Notes: generated from the sequence alone by a model not told the origin. A stretch of DNA of 64,000 bases from an uncultured Candidatus Micrarchaeota archaeon (GCA_963804385.1 CAWDQD010000009.1:80831-144830); one strand, 5' to 3'. Positions 8,836 through 19,251 are shown, counted from the first letter of the stretch. A program made the numbers and translations.

Positions 8836-11125
8836 AGCCCAGGTGAGCCTGGAATTCCTCTCAGTCCTGGCCATGTCGCTGGTCATCATACTTGTGATAG
8901 CGCTGCTCGCGCAGCAGCAGATAAACACCCTACAGCAGCAGAAGAACGCGCAGGACACGCAGAACTCGCTGCTCGATCTGAGCTCCGCGGCAAAGGAAGT
9001 GTACTCGCAGGGGGAAGGATCCAAAGAGCTTGTGTACGTCAATCTGCCGAGCAGCTACCAACCAAACGGTTCTATGGTCGGAAACGACTCCATAATCCTG
9101 GAATCCGCAGGGACGGATTATGTGGCGCTCGAGAGTTTCGCTGTCCACGGATATCTGCCTACCGCTTCCGGCATAAATTGGGTGTGGGTCACTTCAGAGG
9201 GAAATTGGGTGCTCATCGGAAACACGATGATGCAATTCAACAAGGACAGCATCTTCGTCGTGATGAACAGCAATTCTACCGCATCATACTCGTTCTCAGT
9301 CACGAACATCTGGAATAGCAGCATCAACATAACCTCGAATACGACATGGACGAATCCGGATGTGGGCATGAGCGGCGTACCTGCTAAGATATCCTTGGAC
9401 GTGAACGGAACCAGCAATATCAATCTCCAGTTCACTTCATCATCCAATTCGACCGGAATCTATTCCGGCCAGATCGGTTTCATGGCCATGGACATGAACA
9501 ACGTCACCGACAACGTAGCCATACCGGTCACGGTAGAAGTCGTGCCTAACGGCCAGCAGCCATACCCCACAACTGACATCCAAGGCCCGATTATCACCGA
9601 TGTCTATCAAGTGCCTACGCCTGCCACCAAGAACCAGCCGCTGGCAATCTACGTTAACGCCACCGACTCCTTGACGGGTAACAGCACGATCATTGGGTGC
9701 CAGATAGATGCCGACAACGCGAACAATTGGCAGAACATGCTTCCGGTTGACGGAGCTTACGATTCACCTACGGAGCTATCAGTTTTCAATTACACGAGCG
9801 GTTTCGTCTTGGGCCCGCACACCGTGAGGGCCAGGTGCACGGACTTCTACAACAATACCGGTCCGACAGCATACTATTATTTCAACGTGAGCGAAGCCGA
9901 CACGCTCGGCCCGATCGTGATACAGATGACCCACCCAGATAACCCGACCACGCTCTCGAACATCACCTTGGGCGGTATAGCGACCGACTCATACACCGGC
10001 GGAAGCAATGTAGCCGGATGCAACGTGAAGGTCGGCAACGCTGGAAGCTGGCAGCCAGCGACCGCGGTCGGCGGTTCATGGAACACGACAGCGACCATGA
10101 ATTTCACATACAATCCCGGCCCTCTGCCTGTGGGCTCTTACAATGTCTACTATCAATGCACTGATTCGGTCGGCAACGTGGGTGGCATCTACAACGACAG
10201 TTTCGGAATAGTGGATGTCGACTTTATGCTCGTCCTGGATATTTCCGGTTCCATGGCCGACAACGTGACCAATGCCCAGAACTCCAATGTGACCTCAGCC
10301 TCGGGCACCGGCTGGTCCACTATAGAGAACATCAGTGTTTGGTACTTGAACGGTAACACGGGCAATCTCACAACCCAGCTCGAGGCAACGAAAAGCAATT
10401 GCATTGCGTTCTACAACGCCACGATCAACAATGTGCAAATAGCTACCGGGAACACGACATCGACATCGTACGCTACCTTGATAGCACCCATAAACCTCTC
10501 CAGCTTCTCGGCGCCTTTCACTGTGGTGCTCAAGGTGAAGACCAACGGCACCTCGCAATGCAGCGCACAGGCCCAGTATTTCTCATTGCAGCAGGCTCCG
10601 GCCAAGATAAACGCGGCCGAGAGCGGGGGAGATAATTTCATAACCATCGCAGGCAACAACGTCCAGGCTGGTCTAGTCTCGTTCTCGACGACCGCGACAA
10701 CGAACAAGCAACTGGCGTTCATGGGGGCAGCGAACCAGACCTCGCTTATCAGCGCGATAAACTCCCTGACTCCTACAAGCTCTACCTGCATCCAGTGTGG
10801 GCTCGTGAACGCCTGCACAGAGCTCAACTCGTCCCGCTCCAGGTCGACGGCCACAAAGGTCGTGGTCCTCCTGACCGACGGTCAGTCCAACTATTGCACG
10901 GGCTCGACCTCTTGCACGCAGGGCGGCAGCCAGTGCATAGGATGCGACGTGCAAGGCGCGACAACATGCAGGGACGGCAATGTGACGGTCTACACTATAG
11001 GCTTCGGCAGCGATGTGGACGACACAGAGCTTACGAACGTCGCGCTCATAACCGGTGGCAACTACTACTTCGCGCCGAACGTGGCGACGCTGACATCGAT
11101 ATTCCAGAACATAGGCAGGCACTGA
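8825..11125 (+). CDS. Class III signal-peptide pilin-like adhesin with Ig-like repeats and a C-terminal vWA domain
   Basis: SKA/QVSLEF prepilin motif and hydrophobic helix; two D..GP Ig-like repeats; MIDAS elements DISGS and LLTDG; VYTIGFG; GG.YYFA. Confidence 0.85.
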   Translation: MTSKAQVSLEFLSVLAMSLVIILVIALLAQQQINTLQQQKNAQDTQNSLLDLSSAAKEVYSQGEGSKELVYVNLPSSYQPNGSMVGNDSIILESAGTDYVALESFAVHGYLPTASGINWVWVTSEGNWVLIGNTMMQFNKDSIFVVMNSNSTASYSFSVTNIWNSSINITSNTTWTNPDVGMSGVPAKISLDVNGTSNINLQFTSSSNSTGIYSGQIGFMAMDMNNVTDNVAIPVTVEVVPNGQQPYPTTDIQGPIITDVYQVPTPATKNQPLAIYVNATDSLTGNSTIIGCQIDADNANNWQNMLPVDGAYDSPTELSVFNYTSGFVLGPHTVRARCTDFYNNTGPTAYYYFNVSEADTLGPIVIQMTHPDNPTTLSNITLGGIATDSYTGGSNVAGCNVKVGNAGSWQPATAVGGSWNTTATMNFTYNPGPLPVGSYNVYYQCTDSVGNVGGIYNDSFGIVDVDFMLVLDISGSMADNVTNAQNSNVTSASGTGWSTIENISVWYLNGNTGNLTTQLEATKSNCIAFYNATINNVQIATGNTTSTSYATLIAPINLSSFSAPFTVVLKVKTNGTSQCSAQAQYFSLQQAPAKINAAESGGDNFITIAGNNVQAGLVSFSTTATTNKQLAFMGAANQTSLISAINSLTPTSSTCIQCGLVNACTELNSSRSRSTATKVVVLLTDGQSNYCTGSTSCTQGGSQCIGCDVQGATTCRDGNVTVYTIGFGSDVDDTELTNVALITGGNYYFAPNVATLTSIFQNIGRH

Positions 11126-11130
11126 TGCAC

Positions 11131-11514
11131 ATGAGAGCCCAGGTATCCTCCGAATTCGTCGTGGTCTACACGGCACTGATGCTGATATTCGTGGTCGTCT
11201 TCGCGATATTGTTCGGCGGTAACTTCAACCTCTTCCAGGCGCAGGACCTCGCGGCGTCGCAACGCGATTCGCAATCCATCGCGACTGCCATGAACTTCGT
11301 CTATCTCGCCGGAGACGGGGCCAGCTACAATTTCACGCCCCAGAATCTGGAAGCCGGGGAGAACTTAACCATCACCGCTTTCGGGGTGGGCGCGCAGCGC
11401 ACCTACGATTACGCGAGCGCGCCGCTGCTGGACGCGAATGTGAATACAAGCTCGTTGGGAAGCGGAAGCATCGTGATAAGCAACAACGCGGGTGAGCTCT
11501 ATATCGGCAAATAA
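11131..11514 (+). CDS. Minor pilin
   Basis: MRA/QVSSEF class III motif plus hydrophobic helix; C-terminal part of track ORF 10795-11514. Confidence 0.8.
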   Translation: MRAQVSSEFVVVYTALMLIFVVVFAILFGGNFNLFQAQDLAASQRDSQSIATAMNFVYLAGDGASYNFTPQNLEAGENLTITAFGVGAQRTYDYASAPLLDANVNTSSLGSGSIVISNNAGELYIGK

Positions 11515-12016
11515 ACGAGGGCAGATGTGGGCCATGGATTTCATGGCGGGCCTCATCGCGCTCACGTTCATGATCATGATATATATGCTGGTATGGAACT
11601 CGATCGTGCTGCGATGGGACGAGGCGTCTGCCCGGACGAGCATGGAGTCCAGCGCTTTCCTCGCATCAGAATCCCTGCTCGCCACTCCAGGAGAACCTTA
11701 CAGCTGGGAGACGCTTCCGCACATAGACGGGAATGTGAGCGCTATCGGGCTGGTCAACGGCCGCAACGAGCTGGACCCAATGAAGCTCGCCAAGCTCGTG
11801 TCCGAGAACGCGACGGCGTATTCGACAATAAAGGCACGCCTCGGCATGCAGTTATATGATTTCGGCCTGAGCGTCACAGACATCACAAGGGGTACGGTAT
11901 ACTATTCGTTCGGGAAGTTTTCCAACCCTCTATCCGGCAACGCCGTGGCCTTCGACCGGCTCGGCATACTCAACAACACCCCCGTCATCGTGCATATGGA
12001 GGTCTGGTCCGGATGA
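11492..12016 (+). CDS. Minor pilin
   Basis: KRG/QMWAMDF motif, hydrophobic helix, TPGEP.SWE motif. Confidence 0.8.
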   Translation: MSSISANKRGQMWAMDFMAGLIALTFMIMIYMLVWNSIVLRWDEASARTSMESSAFLASESLLATPGEPYSWETLPHIDGNVSAIGLVNGRNELDPMKLAKLVSENATAYSTIKARLGMQLYDFGLSVTDITRGTVYYSFGKFSNPLSGNAVAFDRLGILNNTPVIVHMEVWSG

Positions 12017-12420
12017 AAGGCTTCGTCATAACGCTGGACGCGGTGATCGCGTTATCTTTCTTCCTGTTCGCCATAATCATAATCACAGGGCAGATATACC
12101 AGCCGCGGTCTGCGAACGACATCTATCTCAAGGAGCTCACGCTCGATGCCATGACCGTGATGGAGAAGACCGGCGGGATAGATCAGGCCATAGAAGGGAA
12201 CATAAGCTCGGTGCAGGAGGTGCTCCAGGCAACCCCGGACCTAGCATGCATCGATATCGCCATATACAACAGTACCGGTGATGTGGTGGCCAGCACTGTG
12301 AAGAGCGGTTGCAACTACACCGAGGACCTCGACATGCAGGCAGCGGCGAGCTCCGAGCGCTTCGATCAGAGGAATTTCATAATAAAAACGGCATCGTGGT
12401 TCAAGAAGGGGAGCGATTGA
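12013..12420 (+). CDS. Minor pilin
   Basis: MKG/FVITLDA class III motif; ATGA overlap with the previous gene. Confidence 0.8.
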   Translation: MKGFVITLDAVIALSFFLFAIIIITGQIYQPRSANDIYLKELTLDAMTVMEKTGGIDQAIEGNISSVQEVLQATPDLACIDIAIYNSTGDVVASTVKSGCNYTEDLDMQAAASSERFDQRNFIIKTASWFKKGSD

Positions 12421-12421
12421 G

Positions 12422-13249
12422 ATGCGGGGATTCGTGATAACTCTTCTGTCGGTGAGTCTCATCATGATACTCGTGGTGCTGGCGCTGTCCCTTAGCGACA
12501 CGCAGCTCAGCACGGACAGAGCGCTCAAGGATCCCCTGCCGCTCACATACGCCGCGTTCCTGATGGACGATGCCGGGCATGGCCTGAACTCGATAGTCGG
12601 CCCGAGAATGGGGTTTTCGGAGACGAACAGCAGCATGGTCCTATCCGTGGCGGACACCCTGAGCGGATATAATTACACCCCGGCCATTGTTGGATACGGA
12701 GCGTTCCTCTCGGACGAGGTCGCACCGCAGACCGCGAGCATCATAAGCGTCAATCTCACGAACATGACCAATGGCGTCACGACGCTCTCCATAGACAGCG
12801 ATTACTCATACTCCAACGACCACAACCAGAACTCGTCGCTTTTCACCAGGGGCGGAGGCACTGGCGCATCGGCATATTTCATCAATGTGACGGTCACGGC
12901 AGTGCGGGCGAATCTCACGCCCATGGTGTTCACCAACGGGACGCTGAACGTGACGATACAATACACCGACGTCAACGGAACGAGCGTGGAGAATGGAAGC
13001 GTTTTCCCGAATCAGCAGAACACGCTGACGTTGTATTATCTTGGCGGCGGCAGGCTTACCATAACCGTTGGGCCCCAAAACGGCAACAGCGGTTCATTGA
13101 TGATGCAAGCGACGGGTACGGGGGCGTCCACATCATGGGCTGCCGTCCTGCCGCCACTGAACGCGACTGATGAGGTTGGTTATCAGTACAATGCCACGAT
13201 CGATTACGTGCAGGGCGGTGTGGAGAAGAAGTGCCGCATCGGGGAATGA
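12422..13249 (+). CDS. Minor pilin / pilus accessory glycoprotein
   Basis: MRG/FVITL class III motif; many N-x-S/T sequons. Confidence 0.75.
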   Translation: MRGFVITLLSVSLIMILVVLALSLSDTQLSTDRALKDPLPLTYAAFLMDDAGHGLNSIVGPRMGFSETNSSMVLSVADTLSGYNYTPAIVGYGAFLSDEVAPQTASIISVNLTNMTNGVTTLSIDSDYSYSNDHNQNSSLFTRGGGTGASAYFINVTVTAVRANLTPMVFTNGTLNVTIQYTDVNGTSVENGSVFPNQQNTLTLYYLGGGRLTITVGPQNGNSGSLMMQATGTGASTSWAAVLPPLNATDEVGYQYNATIDYVQGGVEKKCRIGE

Positions 13250-13279
13250 TATTAAAAGCGCAAGCGAGATGAGTGGAAC

Positions 13280-15013
13280 ATGGCCATGGAAACGAAAATA
13301 GAAGAGATGGTCCGGCTCGTCCAGAAAAAAGGGCGCGCTAATTTCCGTGAAATATCCAAGGCGCTCTCATGGGACGAGCAGAACGTGGAGAAGATCGCGC
13401 TCATCCTCGAGAAGGCCAATCTCGCGAAAACGCATTATCCAATCAATATCTTCGAATCGCCCTACCTGGTGATCGTTCCGGAGCAGAAGAAGAACGCCGC
13501 AGCCGGAGATTCCGGGAAGGTGCTGGAAGAATACGCGATATCCCCAAGGGAGGGGCATACGCTCGGCACGGCGAAGATATACCAATCCATGGCAGAACGG
13601 CGCCCGGCATACCAGCTCACGCTGCCTCAGATCAGCTCCTATACGCGCGCTTACCTGGAATACCTGAAGGAAGCTATCTCCAGGAAGCTTCCGGCAGCCA
13701 ACGAGGAGAAAAGCGAGGAGCTCGTGGAAGAGAATTTCCTCACCCGCTACGCGGCCATATCCGGCATGATCAGCACAGACCTGAGCCCGGAACCATCCGT
13801 GCTCGAAACGCTGACAGACACCGCGCTCAACGAGATGTACGGGCTCGGAGAGCTGGAGGCGCTCATCGGAGACCAGAAACTCGAGGAGATCGTGATCAAT
13901 TCCGCCGCAGTGCCTGTCTCGGTATACCACCGGCAATTCGGCTGGCTAAAGACCGACGTCATGATGCCGAGCGAAGCCGAGATCGAGAATTTCGCCCAGC
14001 AGATTGCGCGCAAAGTGGGCAGGCAGATAAGCACCCTGAGCCCCGTGCTGGATGCGCATCTCGGTACCGGAGACCGTGTAAACGCGACGTTGTTCCCGAT
14101 ATCTTCGCATGGCAACACCATCACGCTGCGGCTTTTCGCTAGGAATCCGTGGACTATAGTCACATTCATCAAGCCGCAGGTGAGGGCGATGTCGGTCGAC
14201 ATAGCCGCCCTGCTCTGGCAGGCGATGCAGTACGAGATGAACGTGCTCGTCGCGGGAGGGACGGCGAGCGGCAAGACCAGCGCGCTCAACGGCCTCGTCT
14301 CCATGGTGCAGCCTTTCCAGAGGATAATCACCATAGAGGATACCCGAGAGCTCATGCTTCCGACCTACCAGTGGAACTGGGTGCCCCTGGTCACGAGGAT
14401 GCCGAATCCGGAAGGCCTGGGAGAGGTCACGATGCTGGACCTTCTCGTGAACTCGTTGAGGATGAGGCCAGACCGCATAGTCATGGGCGAGATCAGGCGC
14501 AAAAACGAAGCCGAGGTCCTCTTCGAAGCCATGCACACCGGCCACAGCGTCTATTCCACAATACACGCGGATACGGGCAGCCAGGTGCTAAAAAGGCTGA
14601 TCGAACCGCCCATAGAAGTGCCTGGGGCCGAGGTGGAGGACCTGCACCTCATCCTCGTCCAGTACCGAGACCGCCGCAAGAACATCAGGCGCACTCTCGA
14701 GCTTTCCGAAGTGATAAGCGGGGCCGGGGGTCCGGAGCTCAACCGCATCTACACATGGAAGCCCAGGGACGACGAGTTCCAGTTCGTCAAGCCGCCCCAC
14801 CGCTATATGCAGGAGCTCAATCTCCACACCGGTTTCAGCGAGCAGGAGTGCAATGACGATCTTAAGGACAAGGTATCCGTCCTGAAATGGATGGAGAAGA
14901 ACGGTCTCGAGAACATAGAAGACGTCGGCAGGGTCATGAAGCTTTTCTATTCCGAGCCTGACACGATAATCGGGGCGGCCGCGAAAGGGACACTGCCCGA
15001 CAAGGTGCTTTGA
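13280..15013 (+). CDS. Type IV pilus assembly ATPase (TadA/VirB11/ArlI family)
   Basis: Walker A GGTASGKT, Asp box IED, LRMRPDRIVMGEIR, His box MHTGH...TIHA. Confidence 0.95.
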   Translation: MAMETKIEEMVRLVQKKGRANFREISKALSWDEQNVEKIALILEKANLAKTHYPINIFESPYLVIVPEQKKNAAAGDSGKVLEEYAISPREGHTLGTAKIYQSMAERRPAYQLTLPQISSYTRAYLEYLKEAISRKLPAANEEKSEELVEENFLTRYAAISGMISTDLSPEPSVLETLTDTALNEMYGLGELEALIGDQKLEEIVINSAAVPVSVYHRQFGWLKTDVMMPSEAEIENFAQQIARKVGRQISTLSPVLDAHLGTGDRVNATLFPISSHGNTITLRLFARNPWTIVTFIKPQVRAMSVDIAALLWQAMQYEMNVLVAGGTASGKTSALNGLVSMVQPFQRIITIEDTRELMLPTYQWNWVPLVTRMPNPEGLGEVTMLDLLVNSLRMRPDRIVMGEIRRKNEAEVLFEAMHTGHSVYSTIHADTGSQVLKRLIEPPIEVPGAEVEDLHLILVQYRDRRKNIRRTLELSEVISGAGGPELNRIYTWKPRDDEFQFVKPPHRYMQELNLHTGFSEQECNDDLKDKVSVLKWMEKNGLENIEDVGRVMKLFYSEPDTIIGAAAKGTLPDKVL

Positions 15014-15016
15014 CGG

Positions 15017-15913
15017 ATGCCTGAACAAAGGATACCCCTCATGCTCATCTCGTCCGGCCAGATGTTCTGGCTCGGCCGCAGGTTCAGGGCGCTCGGTCGC
15101 GTCCTCATGATAGTGAATCCCCGCCTGGACTCGGTCTTCCAGAAACTGAGGATGGACGTAGAGCCGGAAGGTTACGCGGTAGGTTCGCTCGTATCCTCGT
15201 TCTTCTACGGCCTGCTGCTCTTCATCATCGCGTCCGCGGCGCTGTTCGTGCGCACCCAGAGCATGGGCCAGGTATGGATGACGTCCATCCTGGTCGGGGT
15301 CGCGTTCTGGTCGGTCTTCTTCGTATTCCATATGATATACCCCGGGATAATAATAACGAAGATCGCCGCTAAGGAGAGCAACGACCTCCTTTTCGCGCTC
15401 CGGGAGATGATGATCGACATAGAGGGCGGAGTCCCGCTTTTCGATGCCATGAAGAACGTGTCCCTGGGGGATTATGGATATGTCTCCCGGGATCTAGCCG
15501 GGGTGGTGAAGCAGATCGAACGCGGAGTGCCGGACCAGGTCGCCCTGAGGGAGCTCGCCATCAGGACCGAAAGCGAGTACATGAAGCGGTCGCTCTGGCA
15601 GATGGTCAACGCTCTGGAATCCGGTGCGAGCCTGAGCACGGCGCTTTCGGCGATAGTGCAATCGATACAGAACTACCTGTACCAGGACATAAAGAACTAC
15701 TCGTCGAACCTCAACTTCCTCATGCTGATCTACATGATGGTCGCCACGGTGGTGCCTTCCTTGGGCATAACGTTCATGGTGCTGCTCTCGGCCTTCAGCG
15801 GCCTCGGCGTGACCTTCACGACGCTCCTGCTGCTGCTCGGGGCGTCGGTCCTGATGCAGGCGATAATGATCGGGTACATGAGCTCCACCCGTCCGGAGAT
15901 ATTCGGTGGATAG
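15017..15913 (+). CDS. T2SS-F/TadB-like membrane platform protein
   Basis: Follows the ATPase; TM pairs flanking a helical T2SSF-like domain (GVPLFDAM, DYG.VS). Confidence 0.88.
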   Translation: MPEQRIPLMLISSGQMFWLGRRFRALGRVLMIVNPRLDSVFQKLRMDVEPEGYAVGSLVSSFFYGLLLFIIASAALFVRTQSMGQVWMTSILVGVAFWSVFFVFHMIYPGIIITKIAAKESNDLLFALREMMIDIEGGVPLFDAMKNVSLGDYGYVSRDLAGVVKQIERGVPDQVALRELAIRTESEYMKRSLWQMVNALESGASLSTALSAIVQSIQNYLYQDIKNYSSNLNFLMLIYMMVATVVPSLGITFMVLLSAFSGLGVTFTTLLLLLGASVLMQAIMIGYMSSTRPEIFGG

Positions 15914-17113
15914 ATGAAGAGCAAGACCCAGAAACCGAAAAAAGGCGTTGCGCCTCCCTCCCCAGCCAGGCAAATGGCCGGACCCGCACCCAAGGGGAGG
16001 CAGGGTATCCTTAATTCCATCTTCTCAAAACCACGGCCCGCGCCGCCTCCAGTGCATGCGCAGATCAAAAAGACCGACGCCAGGAAAACCACGCTGCAGA
16101 TGCTGAGGTTCTACCGGAGGTTCAGCGCCGTGATGCCTCCGAAGCTGTCATCCTATTTCGAGCAGAAGATGAGGTACGCTGGCATAAGCGTGGACCAGAG
16201 CCCGGTCGTGCTCGGCAGGGCATTGCTCATCAGCCTGCTCGCAGGCATCATTCCATTGCTGCTATACCTGGTGATATTCAATCCGCTCACGAGCCCAACC
16301 ACGATAACCATAGCCGCGGCCCTGTTCCTGGGCGGCATCCTGCTATCGACCATCCTCCATTACCTTAACCTGTACTTCAGCATAGCGGATCGCTCCGAGG
16401 CGATCGAGAAGATGCTACCGGACTTCCTTTCATTGGTGGTGTCCAATCTCAGGGCTGGAATGAGCCCCTACGCAGCATTCGTGCATGCATCCCGGCCAGA
16501 ATTCGGTGCCTTCCATGAAGCTGTGATGCATTCCATGGCAAAGATGGGTGGCAAGGGTTCCATAGCAGAAGCCCTCGTGGATGTATCAGAGAACTTCGAT
16601 TCCCCGATCCTGCGCAGGACCGTCACGCTCTTCGCCAAAGGCGTCGGTTCCGGTGGCCAGCTGGTGCGGCTTCTCAACTCGAGCGCCGAAGAGGTCCGTA
16701 GGATCCAGGATCTCCGCGCGGAACTCATATCCGCGACGCGTACATACACCATATTCCTCAGCTTTATCGTGATCCTGGTGATGCCGTTCCTCCTCGCGGT
16801 CTCCACGAACTTCGTCCTGGTGTTCGTGCGCCTCGAGGCGAACACCAACGGAGCGACATCCTCGATGCCTGGGGGAGCCAAGATGCCGAGCTTCAGCGGC
16901 AAGATACTGATAACCGCTGATGACATGACTAATATCTCCTTCATAACCCTCGTGATCATAGATCTGATGGTCTCCATACTGATAGGGGTCGTGGATCGCG
17001 GCAAGATAATGTACGGCATCAAGAGCTTCCCTGTGCTCGCCGTGCTTTCCGTCGTAGCGTTCATATTCGCCAAGGCGTTCATCGCCGGCTTCCTTTCGGG
17101 TTTCATGGTATAA
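15914..17113 (+). CDS. T2SS-F/TadC-like membrane platform protein
   Basis: IEKMLPDFL...NLRAGM, RPEFG and SGG.L..LL motifs with TM helices. Confidence 0.9.
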   Translation: MKSKTQKPKKGVAPPSPARQMAGPAPKGRQGILNSIFSKPRPAPPPVHAQIKKTDARKTTLQMLRFYRRFSAVMPPKLSSYFEQKMRYAGISVDQSPVVLGRALLISLLAGIIPLLLYLVIFNPLTSPTTITIAAALFLGGILLSTILHYLNLYFSIADRSEAIEKMLPDFLSLVVSNLRAGMSPYAAFVHASRPEFGAFHEAVMHSMAKMGGKGSIAEALVDVSENFDSPILRRTVTLFAKGVGSGGQLVRLLNSSAEEVRRIQDLRAELISATRTYTIFLSFIVILVMPFLLAVSTNFVLVFVRLEANTNGATSSMPGGAKMPSFSGKILITADDMTNISFITLVIIDLMVSILIGVVDRGKIMYGIKSFPVLAVLSVVAFIFAKAFIAGFLSGFMV

Positions 17114-17194
17114 GTGTGCGTATAAGTAACGAAGTAGCTCGTCAGAGACAGAGAAAATCTTTATAAACTTATACGAGATTTATAGCCAGGTGAA

Positions 17195-17647
17195 ATGATG
17201 TTTAAGAAAGGACAAGTCTCGACAGAATATCTTGTAATTTTGGCCATTGTCCTCGTCGTTGCTCTGGTCGTCGTCTACCTGGTAGGCGGCTTCGCTGGCA
17301 TGGGCGCAGGAACTATGCAGACCCAGAGCATGCAGGCATGGGGTACCGCGGCTCCGCTCGCCATAACGAGCTGGCAACAGCACGGCACGGCATTGCAGCT
17401 CCAGGTCCAGAACAATGACGTGAACCAGCTAACCCTCACGGGCATCTCGATGGATGGCGCTTCGGTCTACTCCACGAACACAACGTTCGCGAGCGGCCAA
17501 TCGCAGGTCGTCACGGTAACCGCAGCAGCAGCCTGCACATCCGGCAGCCCGTTCACCCACCAGAATGTTATCATTACCTACAACAAGGGTGGCATAAGCG
17601 GAGAGACCGAGACCGGCATCAGGCCTATAATCGGCACCTGCTCGTAA
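17195..17647 (+). CDS. Major pilin paralog 1
   Basis: KKG/QVSTEYL class III motif; TATA at 17160-17167 and AGGTGA SD. Confidence 0.9.
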   Translation: MMFKKGQVSTEYLVILAIVLVVALVVVYLVGGFAGMGAGTMQTQSMQAWGTAAPLAITSWQQHGTALQLQVQNNDVNQLTLTGISMDGASVYSTNTTFASGQSQVVTVTAAAACTSGSPFTHQNVIITYNKGGISGETETGIRPIIGTCS

Positions 17648-17734
17648 TCCCTCATTTTATTTTTTCTTAATTTTCTATTTCTACGCCATGCAATATCTTT
17701 ATAAAATCAGATGAGAAGCTTCCTTTGTGATAAA

Positions 17735-18181
17735 ATGTTCAACAAAGGACAAGTCTCGACAGAATATCTTGTAATTTTGGCAATTGTCCTCGTCGTTGCT
17801 CTGGTCGTCGTCTACCTGGTAGGCGGCTTCGCTGGCATGGGCGCAGGAACTATGCAGACCCAGAGCATGCAGGCATGGGGTACCGCGGCTCCGCTCGCCA
17901 TAACGAGCTGGCAGCAGAGCGGCACGACATTGCAGCTCCAGATGCAGAACAATGACGTGAGCCAGCTAACTCTCACGGGCATCTCGATGGATGGCGCTTC
18001 GGTCTACTCCACGAACACAACGTTCGCGAGTGGCCAATCGCAGGTCGTCACGGTCACCGCGGCAGCCTGCACGACCGGAAGCCCGTTCACCCACCAGACC
18101 GTTATCCTTACCTACAGCAAGGGTAGCATAGCTGGAGAGACCGAGACCGGCATCAGGCCTATAATCGGCACCTGCTCTTAG
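17735..18181 (+). CDS. Major pilin paralog 2 (near-identical to paralog 1)
   Basis: NKG/QVSTEYL; own TATA at 17698-17705. Confidence 0.9.
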   Translation: MFNKGQVSTEYLVILAIVLVVALVVVYLVGGFAGMGAGTMQTQSMQAWGTAAPLAITSWQQSGTTLQLQMQNNDVSQLTLTGISMDGASVYSTNTTFASGQSQVVTVTAAACTTGSPFTHQTVILTYSKGSIAGETETGIRPIIGTCS

Positions 18182-18267
18182 GTCCGATCCCATCTTCTTA
18201 TTTTTCTTATTTTCTTTTTCTGCGCGCGATATACTCTTTATAAAATCTGCCGAATCATCATTGTGAT

Positions 18268-18714
18268 ATGAAGGGGCAAGTCTCGACCGAATTCCTCGTG
18301 ATAATGGCAATCGGCCTGGTCATCGCTCTCGTGCTGGTCTATCTCTTGGGCGGCTTCGCTGGCATGGGCGCAGGGACCGTTCAGACCCAGAGCATGCAGG
18401 CATGGGGATCCGCCGCTCCGCTTGCGATAACCGGCTGGGCGCAGAATGGCACATCATTGCAACTCCAGATGCAGAACAACGCCTTGAACCAGGTCATCCT
18501 GACTAAAATTTCGATGGATGGCGCTCCGGTCTTCTCCACTGGCACGGCATTCACGACCGGCCAGGTGCAAACCATCAACGTGACGGTGGCGACAACGTGC
18601 GGCGCGACCGGAACCCCATTCAGCCACAGTAATGTCACATTCATATACAGCGAGAACGCGATCACGAATCAGATTGAGCTCGGTCCCCAGCCGGTTGTTG
18701 GCGACTGTTCCTAG
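18268..18714 (+). CDS. Major pilin paralog 3
   Basis: MKG/QVSTEFL; own TATA at 18237-18244. Confidence 0.9.
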   Translation: MKGQVSTEFLVIMAIGLVIALVLVYLLGGFAGMGAGTVQTQSMQAWGSAAPLAITGWAQNGTSLQLQMQNNALNQVILTKISMDGAPVFSTGTAFTTGQVQTINVTVATTCGATGTPFSHSNVTFIYSENAITNQIELGPQPVVGDCS

Positions 18715-18793
18715 TCCGTCTGAATTCTCGGTACAATCCCGTATGTCATTGCCCTTATAAATCTCGAGCAAATATACCGTAACGGGGATCAAC

Positions 18794-19243
18794 ATGTTAA
18801 GAGGGCAAGTCTCGACGGAATATCTCGTCGTATTGGCTATAGTTCTCGTAGTAGCCTTGGTCGTCGTCTATCTGATGGGCGGCTTCGCCGGCATGGGCGC
18901 AGGGACCGTTCAGACCCAGAGCCTGGATGCCTGGGGCTCAGCATCGCCATTCTCGATAACCATCCTGAGGCAGTCTGGAACGAACCTCGAGATGGAGATG
19001 CGCAACAGCGATGTGAACGAGCTCACGCTAACTGGCATATCTATGGACAATGCATCTGTATTCTCAGGCAATCTCACATTCTCGAGCGGTCAGGGCCAAG
19101 TCGTGAACGCGACACTCCCGAGCCCCTGCACCACGGTGGGGAGCCAATTCATCCACCAGAACGTGATAATCCACTACGATGAAGGCGCCATCACGGACAA
19201 GATAGAAGTCGGTTTGAAGCCGCTGATAGGCAGCTGCTCCTAA
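18794..19243 (+). CDS. Major pilin paralog 4
   Basis: LRG/QVSTEYL; own TATA at about 18755-18762. Confidence 0.9.
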   Translation: MLRGQVSTEYLVVLAIVLVVALVVVYLMGGFAGMGAGTVQTQSLDAWGSASPFSITILRQSGTNLEMEMRNSDVNELTLTGISMDNASVFSGNLTFSSGQGQVVNATLPSPCTTVGSQFIHQNVIIHYDEGAITDKIEVGLKPLIGSCS

Positions 19244-19251
19244 TTTCCGAT

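Larger units (their letters stand above)
17195..19243 (+). repeat. Four-copy tandem pilin gene array with a period of about 530 bp
   Basis: Shared DNA blocks such as caagtctcgac and ggcggcttcgc(t/c)ggcatgggcgcagg in all four copies; T-rich terminator-like tracts after copies 1 and 2. Confidence 0.9.

Noticed and set aside
10795-11124. N-terminal part of the 239-aa track ORF
   Set aside because: Off-frame overlap with the vWA adhesin; the real pilin starts at 11125 or 11131.
17195-19243. Pilin repeats as a CRISPR array or DGR template/variable pair
   Set aside because: All copies are full ORFs, differences are not confined to adenines, and no reverse transcriptase or cas gene is present.
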